In this document: positions 1-8,330 of the stretch, one piece after another
Layout of the letters: each line of letters opens with the position of its first letter
Numbering within the stretch: the stretch's first letter is position 1
Assembly: GCA_045114235.1 (NCBI GenBank)
Contig: JBGUKB010000047.1
Location: forward strand, 1 to 54,719
Reading direction: 5' to 3'
DNA: 54,719 bases
Origin: Victivallales bacterium
GTDB lineage: Bacteria; Verrucomicrobiota; Lentisphaeria; Victivallales; UBA1829
Made by a program: the position numbers and the translations under genes
Notes under the pieces: generated by a model
Databases searched by the model: none
What the model saw: only the letters and a program-made list of their open reading frames with translations
What the model was told of the DNA's origin: nothing

Positions 1-620
1 GGGCTGGTGTCGGGTTCGACCGCGAAAATCTTCACGTTCGGGTTCTTTTCGCGCAGGAATTCGCCCACGCCGGTCAGTGTGCCGCCGGTGCCCACGCCCG
101 CCACGAACGCGTCGACCTTGCCGTCGGCGTCCGCCCAAATTTCCGGGCCCGTGTGCGCCTTGTGGTATGCCGGATTCGAGGGATTCTCGAACTGCTGGGG
201 GATGAACGAGCCGGGATTGGCGTCGCGGAGCTCGAGCGCCTTTGCGATCGCGCCCTTCATGCCCTTCGCACCTTCGGTCAGGACGATTTCAGCGCCGTAT
301 GCCTGCGCGAGCTTGCGACGCTCGATGCTCATGGTCTCCGGCATGGTCAGGATCAGGTGGTAGCCTTTCACGGCCGCGACGAACGCGAGCCCGATGCCGG
401 TGTTGCCGCTGGTCGGCTCGATGATGAGCGCGCCGGGCTTCAGCTTGCCTTCCTGCTCCGCCGCTTCGATCATGGCGAACGCGATACGGTCCTTCACGGA
501 ACTGCCGGGGTTGAACGATTCGACTTTCACGACGACTTCAGCGCCGCCTTTGTTGAGTTTGTTGATGCGGACAAGAGGGGTGCCGCCGATCTTGTCGAGG
601 ATGGTGTTTGCGATGCTCAT
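1..620 (-). CDS. cysK: Cysteine synthase A (O-acetylserine sulfhydrylase); 3' end lies outside the window
   Basis: Manual translation from ATG at 620: [22 protein letters not shown]...[15 protein letters not shown] (PLP lysine), [25 protein letters not shown] upstream. Absent from the ORF track because it is open at the window edge. Confidence 0.95.
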   Translation of the reverse strand, partial: MSIANTILDKIGGTPLVRINKLNKGGAEVVVKVESFNPGSSVKDRIAFAMIEAAEQEGKLKPGALIIEPTSGNTGIGLAFVAAVKGYHLILTMPETMSIERRKLAQAYGAEIVLTEGAKGMKGAIAKALELRDANPGSFIPQQFENPSNPAYHKAHTGPEIWADADGKVDAFVAGVGTGGTLTGVGEFLREKNPNVKIFAVEPDTS

Positions 621-847
621 GGTATGGTCTCCTTCATATTTATGTTGTATGTCTTCAAAAAAACAACCGTTCTGGTTGCGTATCTAACACAATATACATT
701 ATCGCGGTTTGCATAAAAGTCAAGCGGAAACGGCAAAATTTCTCTACTTTTTTTGTAATCTTTTCAGTTTTCTGCTTGAAAACGCTCGTTTCACAGGGTA
801 TATTAAACGGTAAGAACAATAAAAGAAGACCAAGGAGAAAGTGATTC

Positions 848-1294
848 ATGAAAATCTCGACCAAAGGGCGGTACGGACTGCGGATCCTGATCGATCTTGC
901 CACGCATGACCCGTCTAAGCCCCGCCAGCTCCACGACATCGCGCAGTCGCAGCAGATTTCGGAAAAGTATATCAGCCGTCTGGTGCTCGATTTGAGGAAG
1001 GCGAAGCTGATCCGCTCAACGCGCGGGGTCAACGGCGGCATTCATCTGGTCAAGTCGCCGGAGGAGATCACGCTGCTGGAGATTCTGGAGACGATGGAGG
1101 GGCCGATCTCGCTCGTTGATTGCGTTCATTCCCCGGCGAAATGCAGACGCAACGAACTGTGTCCCACGCGCGACATCTGGGTGCAGTTAAACAACGGCAT
1201 CCGCGAGCTCACGCGTCAGATCACCCTCGAAGACATCCTGAACACCTATCAGCGCCACGATGCCGAAAACGGCATCTTCGACTACTGTATCTGA
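848..1294 (+). CDS. Rrf2-family transcriptional regulator (IscR/CymR-like) with three Fe-S cysteines
   Basis: MKISTKGRYGLR, ISEKYI, STRGVNGG and C-x5-C-x5-C (CVHSPAKCRRNELC). AGGAG RBS. Divergent from cysK. Confidence 0.92.
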   Translation: MKISTKGRYGLRILIDLATHDPSKPRQLHDIAQSQQISEKYISRLVLDLRKAKLIRSTRGVNGGIHLVKSPEEITLLEILETMEGPISLVDCVHSPAKCRRNELCPTRDIWVQLNNGIRELTRQITLEDILNTYQRHDAENGIFDYCI

Positions 1295-1340
1295 CACAAG
1301 CGGCTGATTCCGGGTAATATTCAGGATATTAGCAACTGCG

Positions 1341-1365
1341 TACCGGCTGAGCCGGTAGTTTTTTT
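1341..1365 (+). terminator. Intrinsic terminator after the Rrf2 gene
   Basis: taccggc-tga-gccggta hairpin followed by g and T7. Confidence 0.7.
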
Positions 1366-1380
1366 GACCTGGAGGTGTAT

Positions 1381-1412
1381 AAGAAACCCCGCCGGATCAA
1401 TGCCCGACGGGG
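1381..1412 (-). terminator. Intrinsic terminator after the Gly-rich protein gene
   Basis: On the minus strand, ccccgtcgg...ccggcgggg stem followed by tttctt. Confidence 0.6.
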
Positions 1413-1440
1413 ATAAGGATCAAAACAAAGCGGTTCGTGT

Positions 1441-3174
1441 TTATTTGTTCTGAGAGGATGACGGCGGTGCGCCAAATCCACCGGGACCGCCGCCGAAGCC
1501 GCCTTGCCCGCCGGGAATGCCGCCCATGCCGGGCGCGCCGCCACCGAAGCCACCACCCATGCCGGGCGCGCCGCCGCCGAAGCCACCACCCATGCCGCCG
1601 CCCATACCGGGACCGCCGCCGAAGCCGCCTTGCCCGCCGCGACGCTGATCGCCGCGCTGGCCGTTGTTGTCCCGGCCGCCTCTGCCGCCGTTGCCGCCTC
1701 TGCCACCCTGACGGTCATTGTCAAATTCGGGAAGCCTGCTGCGGGCGCTCTGTTCGTTCTGCTTGCGCAGGACGTCTTCGTAGGTGGGCGCTTTGTCGGG
1801 ATTCAGATAGTCGTCAATCGTGGAATTGATGAAGAGGTCGGCGTTCTTCACGCGTTCCGCGTGTTGTTTCTTCAGGATGTCGAGGCGTTCCTGTGCGGAC
1901 GCGATGACGTCTTCCGTCTCTTTGATCTGGCGTTCCGCGGATTTATTGGAGGTCTGGAACCGCTCGCCGATCAGCTCGTGGAGTTCCTTTTTGATCTTGT
2001 CCTTTTCGGCGCTGCTCGTGGCCTTGAGATACTTCTCGCGAAGCTCCATCGCCGCTTTGTATTCGTTTTCCTGCTGGCCGGAAACAAGGTTGCGAAGCTC
2101 CTTGCGGAATGCCTCGTAATCGGTCCGCATCAGCTGCATGAGGCGTTCGCGTTCCTCGGCCGGGATCGAGTCAATCATGGACATGTTGCGGCGGGAATTG
2201 TCGCCCATGCCGGGGCCGCCGCCGAAGCCGCCGCCCATGCCGCCGGGCGCGCCGCCGAAGCCGCCGCCCATGCCGGGACCGCCGAAACCGCCGCCCATAC
2301 CGGGTCCGCCCATGCCGGGCGCACCGCCTCTGCCGTTGCCCATGCCGGGGCCGCCGCCGAAGCCGCCGCCTCTGCCGTTGCCCATACCCGGCGTGCCGAA
2401 GCCGCCGCCGAAGCCGCCGCCCATACCGGGTGCGCCGTTTCTGCCGTTGCCCATGCCCGGCGTGCCGAAACCGCCGCCGAAGCCGGGCGCACCGCCGAAG
2501 CCGCCGCCCATGCCGGGACCGCCGCCGAAGCCGCCGCCCATACCGGGTCCGCCGCCGAAGCCAAAGGACGGAGAACCCGGAGTATCAAGCCAGGGATTGC
2601 CGGATCCGAAAAGCCCGCCGGAACGGCCTCTGCCGCCGAACGGGGACGAATCGTCTTGTTTATCGTTGTTTTCCCACGGCCGGTCCATGCCGAAGAAACT
2701 GCCGGATCCGCCGAAGAACATCGGGCCGTCATCCCACGGATTGAACCCGAAACCACCGCCGAAGCCGCCGCCCATACCGGGCGCGCCGCCGAAGCCGCCC
2801 TGTCCGCCTGGAATGCCACCTATGCCGGGCGCACCGCCGAAGCTGCCGCCCATGCCGGGCGCGCCGCCGAAGCCGCCGCCGGGCTGTCCCCATGGCGAAC
2901 CCTGCCACGGATTGTCATTTTTCTTTTCGTCGTTCTTCCCGTCGTCTTTTTTCTCATTGCCGCCGGGCTGTCCGCCGAATGTCCAGGGATTCTGCCCCCA
3001 CTGCTGTCCCGGGAACGTGATCATCGGGATCTGCCCGAACTGCACGGGATTTCTCTGCTCCGTCTTCGGTTTTTCCTCGGATTTGGACGCGTCGTCCTTC
3101 GCTTCCTGCGCGGCGAGCGCGGAGGAAACGGCGGTGCAGAACAGGGCAAGCAGGATTTTCCGGGTAGCGGTCAT
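1441..3174 (-). CDS. Secreted Gly/Phe/Met/Pro-rich low-complexity protein with a central helical/coiled-coil domain
   Basis: Signal peptide MTATRKILLALFCTAVSSALA-A, many GGGFGG/PGMGG repeats, and a ~150-aa charged helical block (IPAEERERLMQLMR...). Last gene of the ECF operon. Confidence 0.85.
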   Translation of the reverse strand: MTATRKILLALFCTAVSSALAAQEAKDDASKSEEKPKTEQRNPVQFGQIPMITFPGQQWGQNPWTFGGQPGGNEKKDDGKNDEKKNDNPWQGSPWGQPGGGFGGAPGMGGSFGGAPGIGGIPGGQGGFGGAPGMGGGFGGGFGFNPWDDGPMFFGGSGSFFGMDRPWENNDKQDDSSPFGGRGRSGGLFGSGNPWLDTPGSPSFGFGGGPGMGGGFGGGPGMGGGFGGAPGFGGGFGTPGMGNGRNGAPGMGGGFGGGFGTPGMGNGRGGGFGGGPGMGNGRGGAPGMGGPGMGGGFGGPGMGGGFGGAPGGMGGGFGGGPGMGDNSRRNMSMIDSIPAEERERLMQLMRTDYEAFRKELRNLVSGQQENEYKAAMELREKYLKATSSAEKDKIKKELHELIGERFQTSNKSAERQIKETEDVIASAQERLDILKKQHAERVKNADLFINSTIDDYLNPDKAPTYEDVLRKQNEQSARSRLPEFDNDRQGGRGGNGGRGGRDNNGQRGDQRRGGQGGFGGGPGMGGGMGGGFGGGAPGMGGGFGGGAPGMGGIPGGQGGFGGGPGGFGAPPSSSQNK

Positions 3175-3212
3175 GGCTGTATCTCCGGGGCTTGAGATTA
3201 AGACAGACTAAC

Positions 3213-3881
3213 TCAGTTTTCCGCGTAGGCCGCGAAATCGGCTTCGAGCTGGGCGATCAGGAGATCGGTGTCGGAGAGAGAGAGATCCGTCATGGAGTTC
3301 GTCAGCTCCATGGAGACCTTCGTGAGCTCGCCATCCATGACGGCGCCGGTCCAGTCGGCAGCCGCGGTCGCCTGCGTCGGGACCGCCAGCGGCTGGGGTT
3401 TGGCAACCGGCTCGAAGTAGAAGAGGAAGCAGACCGCGAGAGCCGCCGCGACCGGGATCAGGACGCGGAACGCCTTCTTCACGCGGTTCCTGCGTGCATA
3501 AGCGGAAGCCGTGAAGGCGCCGGCGGCGCGGACGGCGTCGTCGACATGATTCGGCGGCTCGAGATCCGGCAGAACGCTGTGAAGACGGTTTGCGGCCGCG
3601 ACATCCTGCGCAACGGCGCGAATGGCATCGTCGACATGCTTCGGGGGCTCGATATCCGGCAGAGCACTGAGGAAACGGTTCACGTTTGCGGCCTCGGCGC
3701 CGGCGGCGCGGACGGCGTCGTCGACATGCTTCGGGGGCTCGATATCCGGCAGAGCACTGAGGAAACGTTCGAGATCGTCGGCAAACGCTTTGCACTCGGG
3801 ACAAATGCGAAGATGTGCCAAGACGTCGTCATTGATCTCGCCGATCGCGACCTTCTCTTGAATAAATTCACAAATGTTCAT
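3213..3881 (-). CDS. Zinc-binding (ZAS) anti-sigma factor, single TM helix
   Basis: HxxxCxxC (HLRICPEC) near the N-terminus and a TM helix VLIPVAAALAVCFLFYF after a basic cluster. Directly downstream of the ECF sigma. GAGGTG RBS. Confidence 0.85.
   Translation of the reverse strand: MNICEFIQEKVAIGEINDDVLAHLRICPECKAFADDLERFLSALPDIEPPKHVDDAVRAAGAEAANVNRFLSALPDIEPPKHVDDAIRAVAQDVAAANRLHSVLPDLEPPNHVDDAVRAAGAFTASAYARRNRVKKAFRVLIPVAAALAVCFLFYFEPVAKPQPLAVPTQATAAADWTGAVMDGELTKVSMELTNSMTDLSLSDTDLLIAQLEADFAAYAEN
3495..3764 (-). repeat. Three tandem 90-bp (30-aa) repeats inside the anti-sigma gene
   Basis: FLSALPDIEPPKHVDDAVRAA / FLSALPDIEPPKHVDDAIRAV / LHSVLPDLEPPNHVDDAVRAA; the repeat is also near-identical at DNA level. 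Confidence 0.92.
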
Positions 3882-3890
3882 GGTTTCACC

Positions 3891-4475
3891 TCAGGAATTG
3901 TCAGATTCCCAGTCTTTCAGTTTGTTCGTCAGTTGTTTGATGGCGTATCTCATACGGGCGAGGCTCGTATTCACGGAGCAGTTCTGGATCTTCGCGATCT
4001 CCTGGAACGGGATGTTTTCCCGCCGCAGCAGGAAGACCTCGCGCAGTTCGGGCGTCAGCGAGTTCAGTGCCTCGGTGAGCCGTCTGGCGCGTTCGCGTTC
4101 GTCCATGCCGCTGCCGGGCGTTTCGCCGGAGGTGTCCTCCGCGGTGTCTCCGTAAGTCTCGTCCAGTTCGTCCTCGGCTCTCCGTTTCAGGGAGCGGTAA
4201 TAATCGATGATGAGGTTGTGGGCGATCCTCATGAGCCATGCGGAGAATTTCTCCTGATCGCGGTAGGTCGACAGGCTGTCGATCGCGCGCATCCATGTCT
4301 GCTGGAATACGTCGTCCGCCTGGCTGGTGTGCCCCTGCAGCTGCCGGTTCACATAGCCGTATAACGGACGCCTGTATCGTTCGTAAAGAGCATCAAAAGC
4401 CGGACTTGATCCACTTTGGAATTCCCGGATAAGCTCCAGATCTGTTTTATCTGTTTCCATGTCTCGAAATTCCAT
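3891..4475 (-). CDS. ECF (sigma-70 group 4) RNA polymerase sigma factor
   Basis: Region 2 (ADDVFQQTW...FSAWLMRIAHN..ID) and region 4 (LTPELREVFLLR...FQEIAKI...SVNTSLARMRYA). Start set at ATG 4475, which overlaps the tilS TAA (TAATG). Confidence 0.93.
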   Translation of the reverse strand: MEFRDMETDKTDLELIREFQSGSSPAFDALYERYRRPLYGYVNRQLQGHTSQADDVFQQTWMRAIDSLSTYRDQEKFSAWLMRIAHNLIIDYYRSLKRRAEDELDETYGDTAEDTSGETPGSGMDERERARRLTEALNSLTPELREVFLLRRENIPFQEIAKIQNCSVNTSLARMRYAIKQLTNKLKDWESDNS

Positions 4476-6295
4476 TATGGTTGCTTCGATACCCAATTAA
4501 CGCTTTTCCGGCGCATCTTATTGTATATACCGGATATTTTTTCCGATTTTTTTCGGATTTCCTCGGAAACCGGGCGGTCGGCGTCCAGAAAATCCACGGA
4601 ATCAATCGCATCCGGCGTAACCCATTGGAACTCCTGGCGATCCTTTGCCGACGGCGCATCGTCCGAGACCGCCAGAAAAAACGTCACGCGCACATATTTG
4701 ATGCCGTAGTCGTGTTCCATGACCGTCAGGACCGGGCCGACTGCGATCTCCATGCCGAGTTCCTCGCGGATCTCGCGCCGGATGCACGCTTCCGCCGTCT
4801 CGCCGGGTTCGATCTTGCCGCCCGGAAACTCCCATTTCCCCGCCATATGCGTGCCCGCCGGACGCGAACACACCAGAATCCGTCCGTCCGGGCCGCCGAT
4901 CACCGCGGCTGTCACATCCACAAGATGTTCCGAAGAAAACAGCAGGCCACGGAACGGTTTCGACGGATCGACCGGGTGCAGCGCGGACCGCCGGACGCCG
5001 GGGATCCACAGGATTTCTTCGGGAGCATCGGCGTTCCGCACCACGGGACGCAGGGATTGCTCCGGGGCGGAGACATGGGCATCGGTGAACAGCTTTTTGA
5101 GCGAAACGGAATACGTCGCACCGAACGGTGTCATGGCGTCGCCGGGCCGACGCGCCGCGATTTCAAGTTTGTTTGGAAATATCTCGGCATCAAAGAGAAC
5201 GGAATCCAGCCCGGACGGCATTTCGCCGCCGGAGACCTCTCCGCGGAACCGCAGGACGGTCTTCCCGAATCGAACCGCAGGGGTCGCCCGGTAATCCCAC
5301 AGGACCAGAGCGGCGGACTCGGTTTCGGCAGAAGAGTTTTCTTTTTTCAGCAACCCTTTCTCCCACAGGAAGTTGATTCCGCCGTCCACAGTAATTTTTC
5401 CCGATGTAGCGAATACATCAGATGTGTCGAGCAAATCGCGGAGGCGTTCGATGAAATGCCGGTCGGGAATCTGTCCATCGAGCCACAGCCGCAGGACGCG
5501 CGGCAGAAGCGCCGGCGGGAGTTTTTTCAATTCATTCAAATCCAGTCCACCGGGGCGGACCGCCTGCCGGAACGCCTCTTCAGCGGCATCGTCGAGCGCC
5601 GCCGCATCGTCCTCGATGGCATGCAGTGCGGTCAGGATCCCGGCGCGGGCGCGCGGAAACTCCCGGTACAGCGCCGGCAGGACCACGTTGCGGAGTTTGT
5701 TGCGGTCGTAGTCGTTCTGCAAATTGGTGGAGTCAGTGCGGAAAGTTTTGTAGCCGCGTTCGGCAAGATACGCCTCGATGTCGGCGCGGGAAAACTCCAG
5801 CAGCGGACGCAGCCAGACGACGCCGTTGAATTCGCGGACGGCGCGGAGCGCATGAAGCCCGGACATGTTCGAGCCGCGCATCAGGCGCAGGAACAGCGAT
5901 TCGATCCGGTCGTCGGCGTTGTGTCCCAGCGCGACCGCCGCAGGCTGTTGTTCGGTTTCGCGGACGATCTCACGCCACGCCTCCTGCCGGAGACGCCGCG
6001 CGGCGGCCTCCGTGCCTTCGCCGGGCTGGACATGTTCCGGGACGTTCAAAGGAATGATCTGTAGCGGGACACCGAGCTTTTTACAGACTTCCCGGCAGAA
6101 ATCCGCATCGGCAAGACTTTCCGCGCCGCGGATGCCGTGTTCGAAATGCATCGCGCGGAGTTTCCACGGCGCGTCCTTCCTGAGATCGGAAAGACTCACG
6201 AGCAGCGCCAGACTGTCCGCGCCGCCGCTGAAGGAAGCGTAGACGGTGCGAATACCGGACGGGATGCTGGAACCGGAAAAGAGGGAGCCGGGCAT
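4475..6295 (-). CDS. tilS: tRNA(Ile)-lysidine synthetase fused to a C-terminal MutT-like NUDIX hydrolase
   Basis: PP-loop SGGADS, HFEHGIR, GHNADD, LRPLL, DSTN, RNKLR, and TilS_C (RRPGD..LKKLF). Followed in frame by a NUDIX box GKWEFPGGKIEPGETAEACIRREIREELG. Confidence 0.92.
   Translation of the reverse strand: MPGSLFSGSSIPSGIRTVYASFSGGADSLALLVSLSDLRKDAPWKLRAMHFEHGIRGAESLADADFCREVCKKLGVPLQIIPLNVPEHVQPGEGTEAAARRLRQEAWREIVRETEQQPAAVALGHNADDRIESLFLRLMRGSNMSGLHALRAVREFNGVVWLRPLLEFSRADIEAYLAERGYKTFRTDSTNLQNDYDRNKLRNVVLPALYREFPRARAGILTALHAIEDDAAALDDAAEEAFRQAVRPGGLDLNELKKLPPALLPRVLRLWLDGQIPDRHFIERLRDLLDTSDVFATSGKITVDGGINFLWEKGLLKKENSSAETESAALVLWDYRATPAVRFGKTVLRFRGEVSGGEMPSGLDSVLFDAEIFPNKLEIAARRPGDAMTPFGATYSVSLKKLFTDAHVSAPEQSLRPVVRNADAPEEILWIPGVRRSALHPVDPSKPFRGLLFSSEHLVDVTAAVIGGPDGRILVCSRPAGTHMAGKWEFPGGKIEPGETAEACIRREIREELGMEIAVGPVLTVMEHDYGIKYVRVTFFLAVSDDAPSAKDRQEFQWVTPDAIDSVDFLDADRPVSEEIRKKSEKISGIYNKMRRKSVNWVSKQP
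4499..4525 (-). promoter_or_regulatory. Candidate ECF-type autoregulatory promoter in the 3' end of tilS
   Basis: TACAAT-N17-CGTT on the minus strand, ~25 nt upstream of the sigma ATG. CGT -10 cores are typical of ECF promoters. Confidence 0.4.
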
Positions 6296-6351
6296 GGTGA
6301 ACAGACTCTATGCGGACGGCGGGGAAGCCGCGCCGGGTTCGATGAGGCGGG

Positions 6352-6660
6352 TCAGAGCTCGTTGATGGCGTTCAGATACGTCTCTTTGGACTGCGCGCCG
6401 AGGAACTGTTTCACGACCTGGCCGTCCTTCAGGAGCAGCACGGTCGGCAGACTGTGGACGCGGAATTTCGCGGCGAGCATGGGCTGGAGGTCGACATCGA
6501 CGTAGCCGAAGACCAGGTCGGTTTTTTCGGCGGCGATCTCCTCAATGATCGGGGCGATCTTCTTGCAGTAGACGCACCATTCGGCGCCGAAATCGATCAG
6601 CGCGGGCTTCGTGCCGACGATGCTGTCGAAATTGCTCTCGGAAAGGATATTGATGCTCAT
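6352..6660 (-). CDS. Thioredoxin family protein (WCVYC active site)
   Basis: DFGAEWCVYCK, VDVD, SLPT and KDG motifs; 102 aa. Confidence 0.9.
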   Translation of the reverse strand: MSINILSESNFDSIVGTKPALIDFGAEWCVYCKKIAPIIEEIAAEKTDLVFGYVDVDLQPMLAAKFRVHSLPTVLLLKDGQVVKQFLGAQSKETYLNAINEL

Positions 6661-6823
6661 GGTAGTTGTCTCCCGTGTTGTGTGGTTGCATGTCGGAATC
6701 CGCGAGAAAAACTGAAAGGATTCCCGAACATACTCTACTCCGGTTTGCCTTGTTTTTCAAGCCGTTTTGACATCTTTTTCGGGAAAACGCGCGATTTTCA
6801 AATAGAAATGCGCGCCCGAGGGC

Positions 6824-7945
6824 TCAGGCGAGACGGAATCCGAGCTTCAGGAGCGTATCGCGGAATTCGGAGGGAATGGGCTTGTCCGAATGCACGGTGT
6901 AGGCGGGGAACTCGCGGCGGACGCGGTAGGAACCGCGCTGCGCCTCGAAATCCTCCGGCGAGACACGGAGTGCGGCATCGTCCTCGGCGACGTCGTAGGA
7001 CGCAAATACGGCATCCGCGAGCGGATGCGGCGAGGCGGGATCGAGCGTAATGACCGGATCGGACGGCACGGGGACCTCCGCCGGGAAGAAGTTCAGCAGA
7101 GGTTCGATGCCGAAATGCTTCGCGACAGCGCGCACCGCCATGGATGTGCCGTTCGCCTTCCCGTCCGTGGAATACCCGGCAATATGAGGCGTGGCGAGCT
7201 CGGCGAGGGACAGGAGTTCGGCGTCGATGTCGGGCTCGTCGGGCCAGACGTCCAGCACGGCTCCGGCGATCCGGTGCGTGATGATCGCACCCTTGAGGGC
7301 GTTCCCGTCGGTCACATCGCCGCGCGAGGTGTTGAAGAAAAACGGCTGTCTGCGGAGTTTGCGGAAGAAATTCTCGTCCGTCAAATGGAACGTCCGGTGC
7401 GGGCCGGAATGCGTCAGCGGCACGTGGAGCGTGATGAAATCCGCCTCACGCTGAATCGTTTCGAGGTCGACGAAACCCGTCAGCTTCTCGCGCCACTCCT
7501 TCGGCGGGTCGTTCAGGAGCACGTTCATGCCGAGCGCGGCGGCCGCGGCGGCGACCTTCGTGCCGACGTTTCCGCAGCCGACGATCCCGAGCGTCTTTCC
7601 CCCCAAATCCACGTTGTGCCGGAGCGAGACGCGGAGCAGCGCGGAGGTCATGTACTGCGCCACGGACGCGGCGTTGCACCCCGCGGCGTTCGCGCACACT
7701 ATCCCGTGCGTTTTGCACCAGTTTATGTCGATGTGGTCCGTGCCGATGGTGGCGGTGGCGACGATTCCGACGCGGGAATGTTCGAGGAGCGCCGCATTGC
7801 ATTTCGTGCGTGTGCGGATGATGAGGGCGTCGGCGTCGCACACGGTTTCCGGCGTGATCTCGCCGGGATCGAGGTAGCGCACATCGGCGTAGGGCTCGAA
7901 TACGCCGTTCAGGAACGGGATTTTGGAGTCGGCGACGATGAGCAC
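6824..7945 (-). CDS. pdxB: Erythronate-4-phosphate dehydrogenase
   Basis: IVADSKIP, IRTRTK, TATIGTDH, GCGNVG, HVPL, NTSRG, LDVW, TPHIAGYS, R..Y..RRE. Confidence 0.92.
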   Translation of the reverse strand: MLIVADSKIPFLNGVFEPYADVRYLDPGEITPETVCDADALIIRTRTKCNAALLEHSRVGIVATATIGTDHIDINWCKTHGIVCANAAGCNAASVAQYMTSALLRVSLRHNVDLGGKTLGIVGCGNVGTKVAAAAAALGMNVLLNDPPKEWREKLTGFVDLETIQREADFITLHVPLTHSGPHRTFHLTDENFFRKLRRQPFFFNTSRGDVTDGNALKGAIITHRIAGAVLDVWPDEPDIDAELLSLAELATPHIAGYSTDGKANGTSMAVRAVAKHFGIEPLLNFFPAEVPVPSDPVITLDPASPHPLADAVFASYDVAEDDAALRVSPEDFEAQRGSYRVRREFPAYTVHSDKPIPSEFRDTLLKLGFRLA

Positions 7946-7958
7946 GGTCCGGTCCTCC

Positions 7959-8282
7959 TCAGAGGAAATACGGCAGGAGCATGAAATACCGCCAGAGCGC
8001 GGCGGCTCCGACCGTAATACCGATGCAGAGGAGCGCGCGCCGCCAGCTCTTGAAAATGAACGACAGGACCGTCAGCGGGATGCCTGCGGCGACGCAGACC
8101 ACGCTCAGCGTGAGCCCGCTCGCGATCAGGAAATAGGCGGTCGCCTTCGCCGAGTGCATGGCGGATTCCGTGCCGGAGAACCCGCGCGAGACCAGCCAAT
8201 AGCATATACCCGCGGCGACGCCGTCCAGCGCGAGCAGAAAAAGCACGGGAGAGATCAGCAGAGAGATCAGAAACTTGAACAT
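7959..8282 (-). CDS. Small hypothetical membrane protein (3 TM)
   Basis: Three hydrophobic segments; fills the gap between guaB and pdxB on the same strand. Confidence 0.7.
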   Translation of the reverse strand: MFKFLISLLISPVLFLLALDGVAAGICYWLVSRGFSGTESAMHSAKATAYFLIASGLTLSVVCVAAGIPLTVLSFIFKSWRRALLCIGITVGAAALWRYFMLLPYFL

Positions 8283-8330
8283 GATCCGCGATCTTTCCCG
8301 TGTTTGGTGGAAGCCGGAGGAAAAGCCGGC

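Noticed and set aside
1504-3211. Plus-strand 563-aa Ala-rich and 357-aa Pro-rich ORFs
   Set aside because: Antisense shadows of the Gly-repeat gene, which has a signal peptide and operon context.
1441-3764. Repeats as a CRISPR array or mobile repeats
   Set aside because: They are in-frame coding repeats with no unique spacers and no cas or transposase genes.
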